From Lama glama (lineage: Eukaryota): a stretch of DNA of 64,000 bases. Position numbers and translations under genes: made by a program. Below are positions 53,225 to 64,000 of this stretch, piece after piece. A model generated the notes under the pieces. That model was not told the DNA's origin. It saw only the letters and a list, made by a program, of their open reading frames with translations, and did no database searches. The DNA is taken from the NCBI GenBank assembly GCA_028534125.1, contig CM052816.1, positions 51,896,001-51,960,000 on the forward strand, written 5' to 3'. Position 1 is the first letter of the stretch, and every line of letters begins with the position of its first letter.

Positions 53225-53430
53225 TCAGTAGAGGATAGTGAGAGTGCTAATAAAAGACCTGGATTAGGTTGGAGTCCTGACTCAACACAGTTGTGTAACT
53301 TCTAACAAATGCTCAGCCTTCCAAACCTCAGTTTTCTCACCTGTGAAATGGGACTACTATTTCTGTTTACCTTCAGAATAGTATTGTGAGAGTCAAATGA
53401 GATTAAGTCTGTAAAATTTCTTTGACATAT
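53225..53430 (+). mobile_element. MIR SINE
   Basis: cctcagttttctcacctgtgaaatggg...gtgagagtcaaatgaga. Confidence 0.85.
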
Positions 53431-54347
53431 AAAAATAATTATTTTTCCTATTCATTTTCTTTCTATTTCCCTTCAGCTTTCAGTCACTCAGAAAAAAATT
53501 AAGTATCTGAAGAACTATGATACAGTTCATATTTTTATCTGTCATACGTAAATTACTGTGAGCTCTTCAGAAAAGGAAGGCACTGGAATCTATAGGAAAT
53601 GCCTTTCCTGTTTGCCCCAATCTTCCTTGAGTTAACAACTCTAAAGATAATTATCAAACTTTCTTTTAATATTTTCCTTACACAGCTTCCCTTTTCATCT
53701 AGTTTGGTTAATGGAGCCAAAAGTAATGTGGAGTTTGGATTTAAGAACACCCAAGCCCCATCATCACTAGTTTTGACATTCTTTCAAATCCTGAATAAAA
53801 GCAGCAATTCCCTAACTGGGCATTGCTGAGCAAGGAAAGGGAAGCAAATCTGTTCCCTGATTGTTTGCAGATAAAACACAGGAGCTCATTTTCAGACTTC
53901 ATACAACAGACAGTATTTCTTCTCTGATTTGATTCCTTAATTTGTGATTTCTCATCACAGTCCTTATTAGCTGTTTTTGTATCTCTCACCATTCTCCTAC
54001 CTCAGTAACAAGCAAAGAAAATTTAGTGGGGTCATTGAGAATTTATCGCTAACAGGACAATTTTAACATTGTTTAACACAACTGATTACATTGACAGCTT
54101 GTACAAAAATGCCCAGGAAGCAAAATGCAATGACTTCATTTCAGGTAAATTTTAAACAAATAACAACAACAACAAATGATCCAGTATATTGAAATACATA
54201 GTGGTGATGGTAGTGGCCACGGCCACCAGACATAGTATTTTAATAAAAATAAATTGACTCTAAAATTCCTCTCCCAAAACTTATGCTATGAAATTAAAAA
54301 CAAAAAACAAAAACAAAAACCAACTGATGGCAAAGCCTCTTGCTTAC

Positions 54348-54484
54348 CTGACTTATGTCACTGGTCCAGGCAGCTTTCTCCTGGCGTGAAGGTGCTAACA
54401 AGACTACAGTGAAAGGGGCAGCATCCGGAGGCTCCACCACTATTTTAAAATCCAGGTGTCCAAACACTTGCCCAGAACCTTTGG
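54348..54484 (-). CDS. RASGRF2: RASGRF2 exon (~12), PH2 end: [45 protein letters not shown]
   Basis: ttaaag|CC acceptor, CAG|gtaagc donor, 137 nt, phase 1 to 0; inside ORF 54294..54524. Confidence 0.96.
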
Positions 54485-55017
54485 CTTTAACACACATAAG
54501 CCCAACACTTAGATATGAATACAAACATATGAGTGATAGCTGCTCTCACGTAATTCTGGTAATACAATTGACGTGCACTTAAGTCTGGAATCTCATTTCA
54601 GCAATCTGGTGCTGCTTGGGTATGGGGGTGGCTTTGTGAAGCTCATAAGCAGATGAAAAAGCTGAGATCAGTAGGTTACTTAGGACTAGGATCCTGTGCT
54701 CTTTCTCATTTCATGCTTTTTTTAAATTTCTATAATTTACAGAATTCCAACATTCTAATTCAATTTCTTTCTTCTCTACCACAGAAAAGTCACTATCATG
54801 AAACAAATTCAGTAAAGTGTGAATTCCCAAAGATGGCTTAACAAGGCTCACAGGTTAAAGGGTTCAACAGAATTTTTCATCTATAAATGAATTCAGGGAG
54901 TTTATTATCCTTTACTTACTTCCTGCCTCCTTAAGCAGCTCTTCTTAGCTATGAATGAATAAAAACCATAGGACTTCTAAATTCTAATATAACTCTAAGT
55001 GGTAGAATGTGACTTAC

Positions 55018-55084
55018 AGTCATCATCGCTGGCATCGGGCTCCTCCACCAACGTACATTCTATTAGAGAGAGAACTCCACCTGT
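55018..55084 (-). CDS. RASGRF2: RASGRF2 exon (~11), PH2: [22 protein letters not shown](S)
   Basis: ttccag|ACA acceptor, ACT|gtaagt donor, 67 nt, phase 0 to 1. Confidence 0.95.
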
Positions 55085-55164
55085 CTGGAAACAAAGCGAT
55101 TTTTCATTAAGAGGATGAGCGTCTTGCATAGGTCGGAAGCTATGATTTGTAAACCTTACATTCA

Positions 55165-55319
55165 TTTATGGTTTTGGGTTTTTTTTTTACATTTTGGAGG
55201 ATTTGGGGAGGGGGATCAGGTTTGTTTGTTTGTTTGTTTAGTGGAGGTACTGGGGATTGAACCCAGGACCTCATGCATGCTAAGCACATGTTCTACCACT
55301 CAGCTATATACCCTCCCCC
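55165..55319 (-). mobile_element. tRNA-Ala-derived SINE (Vic-1-like), sense to RASGRF2
   Basis: Minus strand gggggagggtatatagctgagtggtagaacatgtgcttagcatgcatgaggtcctgggttcaatccccagtacctcca, then (aaac)n and A-rich tail. Confidence 0.9.
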
Positions 55320-55689
55320 AATGTGTATGCGGTGGTTTTTTTTTTTTTTTACATTTTTTGTGTGTAAACCTTACATTCAAATTGCCACAGAAGAAAACAG
55401 CAATTCTGCATCATAAATGATTTTTCATAGAGTCTAAAATTAAACTTGGATGTGCAAAAGGAATTGAACTCATTGAACTTCAAGATTCCCACCACCCCAC
55501 CCATTCTCACTCCCAATGTTTATAAAATCTAGCAAGTCAGTCTATGGGAGACGATATGGCACCTTAGGGGCGCTGTAGAGTGAATGCAGCTCAGCACAGG
55601 GTGGAACTCTCCAACCAGAAAGTGATTTAAGCAGTAGAAAGCCATTGTCATGATGTTGGATATTTTTAGGCACTAGTAACAGAAGGGAC

Positions 55690-55903
55690 ATATAGGCAAA
55701 CCTTTTTTGTAAAGGGCCAGATAGTAAATCTTTTAGGCTTTTCAAGCCATATAACCTCTATCACAGCTGCTAAAATCTGCCATTTGAAAAAGCATGAAAA
55801 CAACCAGGGACAATATGTTAAAAAATGAGTGTCGCTGTGTGCCAATAAAACTTTATTATCAAAAACAGGCAGCAAGCTCTGTGCCACAGTGTGCTAACTC
55901 TTG
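55690..55903 (-). mobile_element. MER58A-like MITE
   Basis: ggcaaacc...gtaaagggccagatagtaaat...gccaataaaactttatt...aaaaacaggcagc. Confidence 0.85.
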
Positions 55904-56233
55904 GTACTGAGCAAGATGAAACAGCACTTAGCAAAAATTACATAATCAGTACACTATAGTAATTTGACAAGATTTTTGTAGCTCAGCAGTCATCATTTGT
56001 CCAAGCTGTGATCTTAATTGCACTTCTTTATAGCAATGCACACTTAAATTTCTATTACTTTGGATCCAATTGACAACAAAGTAAATGTCAAGGTTGGTAA
56101 CTGTACATTACCTTACCATACAATCATGACAATCTGTTTTATGATAGCAGGCATGAGAAAGTCATAATTAAATTAACCTCAGTGCCTCTTAAATGCATGG
56201 CACATAAAAGATAGAGTCAGGTAAAACCGGTAC

Positions 56234-56394
56234 CTTGAGCAGATGCAGCTTTCCTCCTGAACTTCTTGTACAAATTAAAAAGTGTTTTGTAAATAAGAAG
56301 CACTGTCTTTCTCCTTCCTTTTTCAAAGACAATGAACCCAGGCGAACTTTACTAAGTTTCCCCCTCTCAACAGAAGGTACTTGAATAAGAGAAC
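56234..56394 (-). CDS. RASGRF2: RASGRF2 exon (~10), PH2: [53 protein letters not shown]
   Basis: accag|GT acceptor, AAG|gtaccg donor, 161 nt, phase 1 to 0; translated by hand. Confidence 0.96.
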
Positions 56395-59234
56395 CTGGTG
56401 ATCACAAAAGTGAAGAACACACAGCAATTAAAATTCTGTCAAGTGAGAGCCGCTCCTGATGCAAAAACACTAGGGCCTGTTCCCCCAGATACCAAGGATT
56501 TATTTGATGCATCATTGGAACAAGTAAGTCCCCTGCACTCTGAGCAGATGAAACAATGCATTATGTTTTAAAGGTCACACTAATTCCTACTATCTTTGTA
56601 AAAACACTTTAGACTTGATTATTTATCTATAAGCTGGAGAGTAAATTTAAAAGAAAGCCAAATTGAATCCAAAAAACAAGGCACTTCTGCCATCTGTCCT
56701 TGGTAATCTGATCTCAATCAACTTATTTACTTAAGAATAAGGTACATATTGTATAATTACATGTAGTAATAAAATAATATAATAAAAAGCAAATAGAATT
56801 TATTCTTCATAAGCACTGAAGGTAGATAAATAGCACTGATATAATTTACTTTGTATTTTAAAAAGAGAATATACAATACATCTATACTATAAAAATACAT
56901 AAATTATACAATTCAACACAATTTAGTTAAGGACTATTTTTAAAGGGCAGCTATTTCAGGTAACATTTAAATTATATGTGATAAAAATTCTTTGTAGAAT
57001 CAAAATGGAAAAGAAACTACATAAAATCTATACCCAGAACATTCCTGTAAGTAACACTGTCTTCCATTCAATGTGAGGAGTTATGCAAAGACTTCATATA
57101 ATTTTACCCCAGTAATGATCTCCTGCTCCCCCCCAAATAAAATTCCAATCTAAGTTAAAAATCAAACCAAAAAGAACTAAGAAAGATGCTTGCAAATACC
57201 TTGCCTCTGACTTCTGAAATGCCTCGAGCCAGTAATATTTCTATCTGTTTAATCCACCACCTACCCCAACTGCAGCCTTACAAAGTCTCCTATCAGTCTC
57301 ATAAGAAACGTTAAATGCTTATTCATCCTTTAAATAATAACAGTGGTCATCACTAAGAGATGAGATTGCAGGCAACCTTATTTTCTTCTTCACACTTTTT
57401 CTGGGTTTCCTGATTTTTTTTTTAAACGAGCCCAAATTATTCCTATAAGTGGAGAATAAAATCCTCTAAATTTCTAAATTATGTAAAATAGTTAAACTAT
57501 GATTGTGGGTCACAAAAGGTTCACGCTAACATATGAATATTCCAAATAGCATTTACTTTTTAGCAGAGATCCAAAGATGTGCAGGGGGTAAAGAACCCAA
57601 GTGTCTATGCCCTGATTCCATCTACCCAGGTGAATATTGAGGTGGGGTTGCTTGCCAGAGTCAGAGTCAGCAGCTATTCAGGGTTTAAAGAATAACACAG
57701 AGGCAGTCCTGGGGAGGGCGGGGACTGGAGAACAGGCAGGGGAAGGCTTGGTTCCAGCGGAGGGAATGGGTAAGAAGGAGGAGAGAGGTGGGAGCACACT
57801 AGAGGAGAGTGCCGGCAGCAGGTAGTTTAACATGAAGACTAAAGGAGAGAAGAAAAAGCAGACAGCAGAACACTTAGATGAGTACCTGAGCAGATAACAG
57901 CAGCAGGACTGTACTCATGAGAACCAGAGGGTGGGATCTAAGCCAGAGGAGATCTTTCAGAGAACCCGGCTCATCCCCTCATCTCACAAGGCGAAACCAG
58001 AGCCTGCAGGCTAAGCTGCTCTCCTAAGGTCACAGCTAACTAAGTGGCCCAGCCAGGAGATGGTGATGGATTCAGCCACATAAAAACTGAACTCGGAAAG
58101 GGAATGGATGGGAAAAGACAATAAGTTCTAGCTTTGTCCTGGGCAGTCGTGAGTCATCCAGGCAGATGGGTTAGGGCAGAGCCAAAGACTGCGCCACAGA
58201 CAGGTGGACAAGCGGGTTGGGAGTCATTTTCAGGAAGGATATAACCAAGGCGATGAAAATTGGATAAGAGTGTCTTCATTGGTAAAGGCTTCTTGTATTT
58301 AATGACTTTATAAATCAGAAATTATAGAATATACTGTTAGCTCGTGTATTAGTAATTACGTGAATTTTAGCTTTGAGGTTAAAAAAAATGTTTCCTTGGC
58401 AACTATACACTAACACACTTTATCTATAACTATTCCTCTCATATCCAACTAGGAGACTCTATGCATTAGGTATGCACAGAAATCCATACATCTGAGTGAA
58501 AAGTAAGCAATTTCAACACTGGTTCATAAAATAATCACGTTGAAGGACACAGTTTAAGTGGATTTTTTTCACATTTCATCGTACGTTTGACATGATGTTT
58601 CAACACAACCACGAGACTTGAAGATTCCTTTCGAGTTAATACAAATTAGAGAAATTATTAGTCTTAAATCAGTAATTCTTCAGTATCAGGCCACTGCTAT
58701 GATACAGTCCCTCGCATCGCCATCATCAGTCTAACAACCAGGGCCAACTTACATAAACACTTCCATTTTCCAATCACTAATTTTCTCCAACGTGGCATTC
58801 AGGATTGGCTAATGCCCTTATTCTTAATTTTCAATTCAGGAGTGAAAAAGAATGAAGAGCAGTTTCCAGGTTATTGGGTTAGGCATTTGAGAAGATGTAA
58901 CAATTTCTACACCCCAGGTTACAATTTCAAAGAACCCTGGTACATTGTAAGTATGTGATTTTTGAGTCTGGGAATGACTAAAGTACCAGAAAGGTCCATG
59001 TCTCGTTCTCAATGCATTTAGCTCTAAATTCAGTCACCTTTTAAAAATTTTCCTAATTCACATTTCCTCAAGATAACAGATGATGTATAGCGGCTTTGGC
59101 ACAAAATGTCAAGTTAGCTTGCCTTTATCTTCTAATAAACATTCATATCTAGTTCATGTTATTGAAAATAGACACTCACTCCAAAATTTAGATCCTGATT
59201 TTTAAAGTTTATGTTAAAATCTCACAGACACTAG

Positions 59235-59420
59235 TCTAGAAGATTTTGTGAGTATTAGCTCATTTAATTCACAACAACCCTAAAAGACAGGTGCTGCTAT
59301 TAACCCCAACTTAAAGAGAGGAAACAAAGGCAAAGAGAGGTTAAGCAAATTGCCCAATATCACATAGCAAGGATTTGACCTCCATGGCGTGGCTGTATCA
59401 TCTACCTGTTACTGCCTCAG
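59235..59420 (-). mobile_element. MIR SINE
   Basis: ctcatttaattcacaacaaccct...gaggaaac...agaggttaagcaaattgccca. Confidence 0.85.
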
Positions 59421-62150
59421 ACACTTACACATTTGCTCAAGAAACTCTGAAAAGATTTTGGAAAATAAATGACAGTGCCAGATCACTGCTATGATACAGC
59501 CCTTTGCATCCTACTTATCATCTAATAACTGGAATCAATTTACAAGAAGACCTGTTATTTCAATTGCTAAATTCCCACGAATTGACATTCAGGATTGGTT
59601 GACACCCATATTCTGAAGAAGCCTTTCAGATGGCCTGGATGACTTATTTTTTCTAGTCCTCGGAATACAAATTCATTTCAGATTGAAACCACACAACTAT
59701 TTGTGTTTATGCGTTTGCACATGCATACACACACTGAAAACAAGACTGCCTATCATCCTTAAAAGTAAATAACACAAACACTAGTATACGATTAGAGATA
59801 AACCGTGGTCCATTTCATAGAAAAGAGAATCCCTCAAAGCTTAAAAAAAATTTTCTTAAACCCAACTCCATGGGCTTTAAAACTCGTTACAGGTGTTTAG
59901 TAAAAGTAGCAACCAAAGCAAAACAATGCAAACTTTCCAAAGTATCCATAATTGGATTATTTTCTACTTTCAGATTAAGGTCTGATTTTTTTTTTTACCA
60001 CCTTTATTGAATAATTCCTTGGCCGACTAACCAAGCCACACAAATACAGAAAAATACTGCTGAAAGGCAAATCATTATATCAACATCAATACAATAATAT
60101 CAGATATATTAATAGCTGACAGAAGTGCCTCAGACAAGCAATAATAACATCTGGACATGGATCAAAGGGAGCGGTGGCTCATGACTGTTTTTCCTCCCGG
60201 TGCAATGAAAAAAAAAAAAAAAAGATTTCTTCAATGTATTTGACCTTCCAGCATTTTTCATCACAGATGTTTTTTCAAACTTAGATCAAAACTGTCTACA
60301 TTTGTAGAAATACATTAAACGTTTATCTGTAATAATAAGCCTCAATCAGAAGTCCTTTCAGAAATTGAATACTAGTGATAGAAACTTTTGTTTCATGTTC
60401 ACATATTATAAAGCGCAAATCCTTTAGTAAGTATTTTTCAGTGAACTCCAAATACAAGAAAAAATACAAAATAAGACAGCTGACATTCAGAAGTGTAATT
60501 CAACAAGCCATTCAACGTAATCCATTACCCATTTTCCAGGTATCTATAATGGAAAACATCATACTGGCAAGAGAGATTCCGTAAGCACTGCCCTTTAAAG
60601 TTACAATTACTGAGAGAGACAGGCATGCGAACACGGACCTCTCAAACACCAGAGGATGAAATGCGTGCACTAGGAGCAAAGGGGCTTCAAAAACAGGAGG
60701 AAGACAAACACATTCTAACTGGAGGGGAGGGGACGGAGGATGAGGAGGAAATTTTACAAGGCTCTTTAGAGGTGTCTGACCTGAGCCTAGTAGGACAAGC
60801 GGACCTTCCACAGGCACGAGAGAGGCGGATAAGGGCATTCCTGGCCCCCAGGCTGGGGGCAGCGCATGTAAAGGCACAGAGGCAGACCAGTGCCAGGAAG
60901 GCAGGAAGCCAATACGGGGACAAAGTCTGCGTAGAGGCAGAAGGGGAATTCAGAAGGCCTGATGTTGTCAGCGTTATAGCTCACTTACTCAAAGAAAAAT
61001 TAATATTTAAAGCCCAAAATGAGAAAGGCATCATATCCGGAAATATACTTCCAAACTTTAACATGTGTGTGACTTCCCTCCTTGTAAATAAATAATGGAA
61101 AACAGAACAGCACGTGTTAAATTTTTTAAGTGTTCTGTGAAAAACTTAATGTGTGCAGCACAAATCATGTCTTGTTGGATGAGGTAAAAAAAAATTTTTT
61201 TAAGCAGCACATTTCGGTAGGCAATAGAAATGCAAAGATCTTCAAATAATATTGGCACGTTACAAACAGAAACCACATTAAAGGTTAATTCTAATTCCGA
61301 GTTTATATGCCACTCCTCATCAAGTTCAAAATTATACATGTGTATAACGCATTGCCTCCCATCAATTCCATGGGGCACGCTCCCCTCTCCTAGAACACCT
61401 AAGCACTTGAAAAGAACTTGGAGCGTGGTTGACTTCGTGCACTTTGTAATGACAGCCATGGAGGAATATGCACTTTCAGGCTGTTGCTTCTCTGCAGTTT
61501 CCAGCACAAATATCTTCAACTCTTCAAAAGCTTAATTTACTGGGTGATGCCCCCAAAGCACACCCCTCAAACATGATACCTTCAATGTCACCAAAGAATG
61601 GTAGGGCAAGTTGACAGTGAGACATTTCATCTGGCAACTGGAGTTACCAACTGAATCAAATCATATCGTGTGGGGCCGACCCAGAAGTGCTGATGAAAAA
61701 TGGGAACAAGAGACAGCTGTTTTCACTTCGGACATTGTCCCCACTGCTATGTGAAAGGGCTTTGAGTAATGCAAGCTTCTCTTGGGCCTTTGCCTGGATG
61801 TCGTCACCACCTGGCACTGCCACTCCAACCGGCCAGACCACTCTGTCCTCCTTGGAGCTGTAGAAAATGTCCGGTCCACTGAGGAGAAGAGTCCAGTCAG
61901 AATGTAACTTACTGTCCCACTCGTGCTTTACTATTATTGTGTTGCTGTTTTTCATGGTCCCTGAAAAGAAACAGCACAAAGGTGGGCCTCAATCACAGCC
62001 TCGGTCAAGGCTGTGGGGACGTCCTGCATGTACAGCGTCAATCACACAGCTAAATCACGCCTGCTCCAAAATGCTTTCCTGGATCTGCCAGTGATAAAGT
62101 GACAGGCGCAGAGACCACTTTGATGGTGGGTCCGCTGAACAAGGACTTAC

Positions 62151-62269
62151 CTTGGCGGATGAAGGTCTGGCTAGTGTCCAGCAAAATATCACAGCCCTCT
62201 ACAATCATTCTTTCTATGGCAAGGTTCTTCCTTATGTTTTCAGTGTCGCTCACTTCATCGTGCATGACC
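62151..62269 (-). CDS. RASGRF2: RASGRF2 exon (~9): [39 protein letters not shown](G)
   Basis: gacag|G acceptor, CAAG|gtaagt donor, 119 nt, phase 2 to 1; inside ORF 62050..62280. Confidence 0.97.
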
Positions 62270-63045
62270 CTGTCAGACACAGCACAGGATCACGGTAAGA
62301 GATCTGCTGCTACCCCAGCAGGGAAGCAAAAGAGTCCCACGTGGGAAACTCAGTTTTGAACTTCAATTAGTTTAACTGGGGTTGTCAGGGAAGTCATACT
62401 GGACATCCAGGCTTCATCAAGTTGTGACTCAAAGCAAAGCAAATGTCCACCATGATTCTAAAGTGTAAGTGGTCAGTGACTATCGAGCATCTTGGGAATG
62501 CTGTTTGTAAAGGCAGCAGGAAGGCAACATATTATTTTATGAACAGCTCCTTTCATTGAAATTAGGATGCCGTTTCTTAGAGGTGGAGGAAATTAGAGAC
62601 CTTGACACCATTTAACTCATATAAGCTAAGGAATACAGACATAAATAAATGCCTGGAACTCTGAAAAATCACTGATAAATCCAAAATAGACGTTCTCCAA
62701 CTTCTTACCAAACATGAATACAAAAATGGAACTAAAAACCATTTTTCTATTACGCTGAAAGAAATGTGAACATTTTCAAACTTAAACCAAAGTACACCTC
62801 GTCTCAGTTGTATATATTTATATGCAATAAAAAACATTTTCAAAGATACATTTTTTTTCTTGGTGAAAGTTAATGGGCATTCTGATTCAGTACCATCTCA
62901 GGAGCTAGCATGTAACGTTCAGGTGAATCTGAGAAGCTGGACTGTATCTTGTCTCTTGTTCCCTGGACACAGATACTAGGTTTCCACAAAAGATGAAATG
63001 TGCTACTTTGCCATATCAAGCCTTTATTGTAAGTTCTCCACATAC

Positions 63046-63155
63046 CTGGACAGTTCCTCTAGTTTTGATTTAGCAAACTCCAGACTTTTCCTCTCCACAT
63101 GCTCATGAGGAGTATGAGCTAGGAGTTCATGAAGCGTGATGATATACCTGGGGAT
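63046..63155 (-). CDS. RASGRF2: RASGRF2 exon (~8), DH domain end: [36 protein letters not shown](R)
   Basis: cttag|ATC acceptor, AG|gtatgt donor, 110 nt, phase 0 to 2; not in the ORF track, translated by hand. Confidence 0.96.
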
Positions 63156-63894
63156 CTAAGCGCAAACAAAGGCCACGTGAGCAAGAGTCAGGAGGAGTAA
63201 CACTGGACACACCCTACTGTGCCACGATCACTTCAAAAAGCTCACCTCTACTCTTACAGAGCCAATTGTTTTACAGTTTTTTAGGAAACAGATTTAAAAT
63301 GAACTACGTTTCAAACTTCACACACACAAAAGAACTTCGCCAAGAACACATGAAGATAATAAAGTATTATATTATAAAGAAATTAGATTTTTAATATAAC
63401 CATACATTTATTAATCTTAATTTTTGAAAACTGGTTCATAGGGAAACAGATCTAGCCACCAGCAAGTTACTTGAGTCTGTATTTTAGATTTATTAGCCTG
63501 TTTACAACACTTTTTTAAAAACACTGACATTCCTACAGCAGTGTTCTCTGTAAGATTTAAAACTTGGGAGAAGATATGTTCATTCTTATCACATTCTGAC
63601 CCTACTTTACCTCAACTCATCCTCCTAGTGGTAAAAAGTGTTGTTTAATTAGATTGTACTTTTGTTTGTGAACAGACTATCTATCTGAATTCTCTCAAAG
63701 GCAGAAACTCCACCAACCCTGTGAAGGTTTTAACAGACCATAGTGGAGATTTAACTCAAGTTACAGTGACTCAACATATTTTTTTACTGGCTTATTATTT
63801 TTCACTGGTTTAATTTTAATAAAAACCTGCATGAACAACAGCTACCATAATGTAGCCCGCTGTGGGTCAGATTGGGAGCTCGAGGTTTGTACAT

Positions 63895-64000
63895 GCACCC
63901 AATCCTCCAGCAAAATGCAAGGATTATATCCTCATTTTACAGATAAGGGAAAAAGGCATACATATCCTGCCCAAGGTGACCTCATAGTAACGGCAGAGCC
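63895..64000 (-). mobile_element. MIR SINE (runs off the window end)
   Basis: cctcattttacagataaggga...gcccaaggtgac...ggcagagcc. Confidence 0.8.

Larger units (their letters stand above)
1..64000 (-). other. RASGRF2: RASGRF2 gene body (partial; both ends lie outside the window)
   Basis: Ten spliceable exons translate to recognisable RasGRF2 peptide in the correct order with consistent phases. Confidence 0.97.

Noticed and set aside
55242..55319. tRNA-Ala(AGC) genes here and at 21937 and 45965
   Set aside because: They carry stem-disrupting substitutions or deletions and shared SINE tails, and two of the three have TSDs; they are SINE heads, not tRNA genes.
58681..58824. H/ACA snoRNA reading of the duplicated 144-bp unit (ANANNA mid-way in both copies)
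   Set aside because: The motif is on the strand opposite the host gene, there is no terminal ACA, and I could not find two convincing hairpins.
60625..61519. Long ORFs of 156 aa (+) and 153 aa (-)
   Set aside because: No recognisable domain or splice structure; the first overlaps purine-rich L2-like sequence.
1..64000. A novel multi-gene system, CRISPR array or prokaryotic operon
   Set aside because: This is intron-dominated mammalian DNA. I saw no regularly spaced repeat-spacer array and no long ORF beyond RASGRF2 exons and L1 remnants.

Overview
Mammalian genomic DNA lying entirely inside RASGRF2 (Ras-specific guanine nucleotide-releasing factor 2) on the minus strand. Ten coding exons (63155 down to 28391; exons 8-17 if numbered by my recollection of the human gene) all have AG/GT boundaries and matching phases. 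They splice into one open frame of 1531 nt (510 codons plus 1 nt) covering the end of the DH domain, PH2, REM and the Ser/Pro-rich linker. Bases 1-28390 are one long intron; I did not find the next exon in the window. The introns are full of eutherian repeats (L1, L2, MIR, MaLR/ERVL/ERV1 LTRs, hAT and Tigger DNA transposons). Three tRNA-Ala-derived SINEs, with no Alu, B1/B2, Bov-A, PRE-1 or SINEC seen, point to a camelid genome (inference). There is no prokaryotic system, CRISPR array or second protein-coding gene, and most ORF-track entries are chance or repeat-derived. The best leads are a candidate in-frame 48-nt exon after exon 9, a triple tandem acceptor at exon 16, a diverged 144-bp intronic duplication, a sense-oriented solo LTR just before the REM exon, and several well-preserved retrotransposition fossils. 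Repeat family names come from recalled consensus sequences and were not run through RepeatMasker; repeat boundaries are approximate unless a target-site duplication (TSD) is given.
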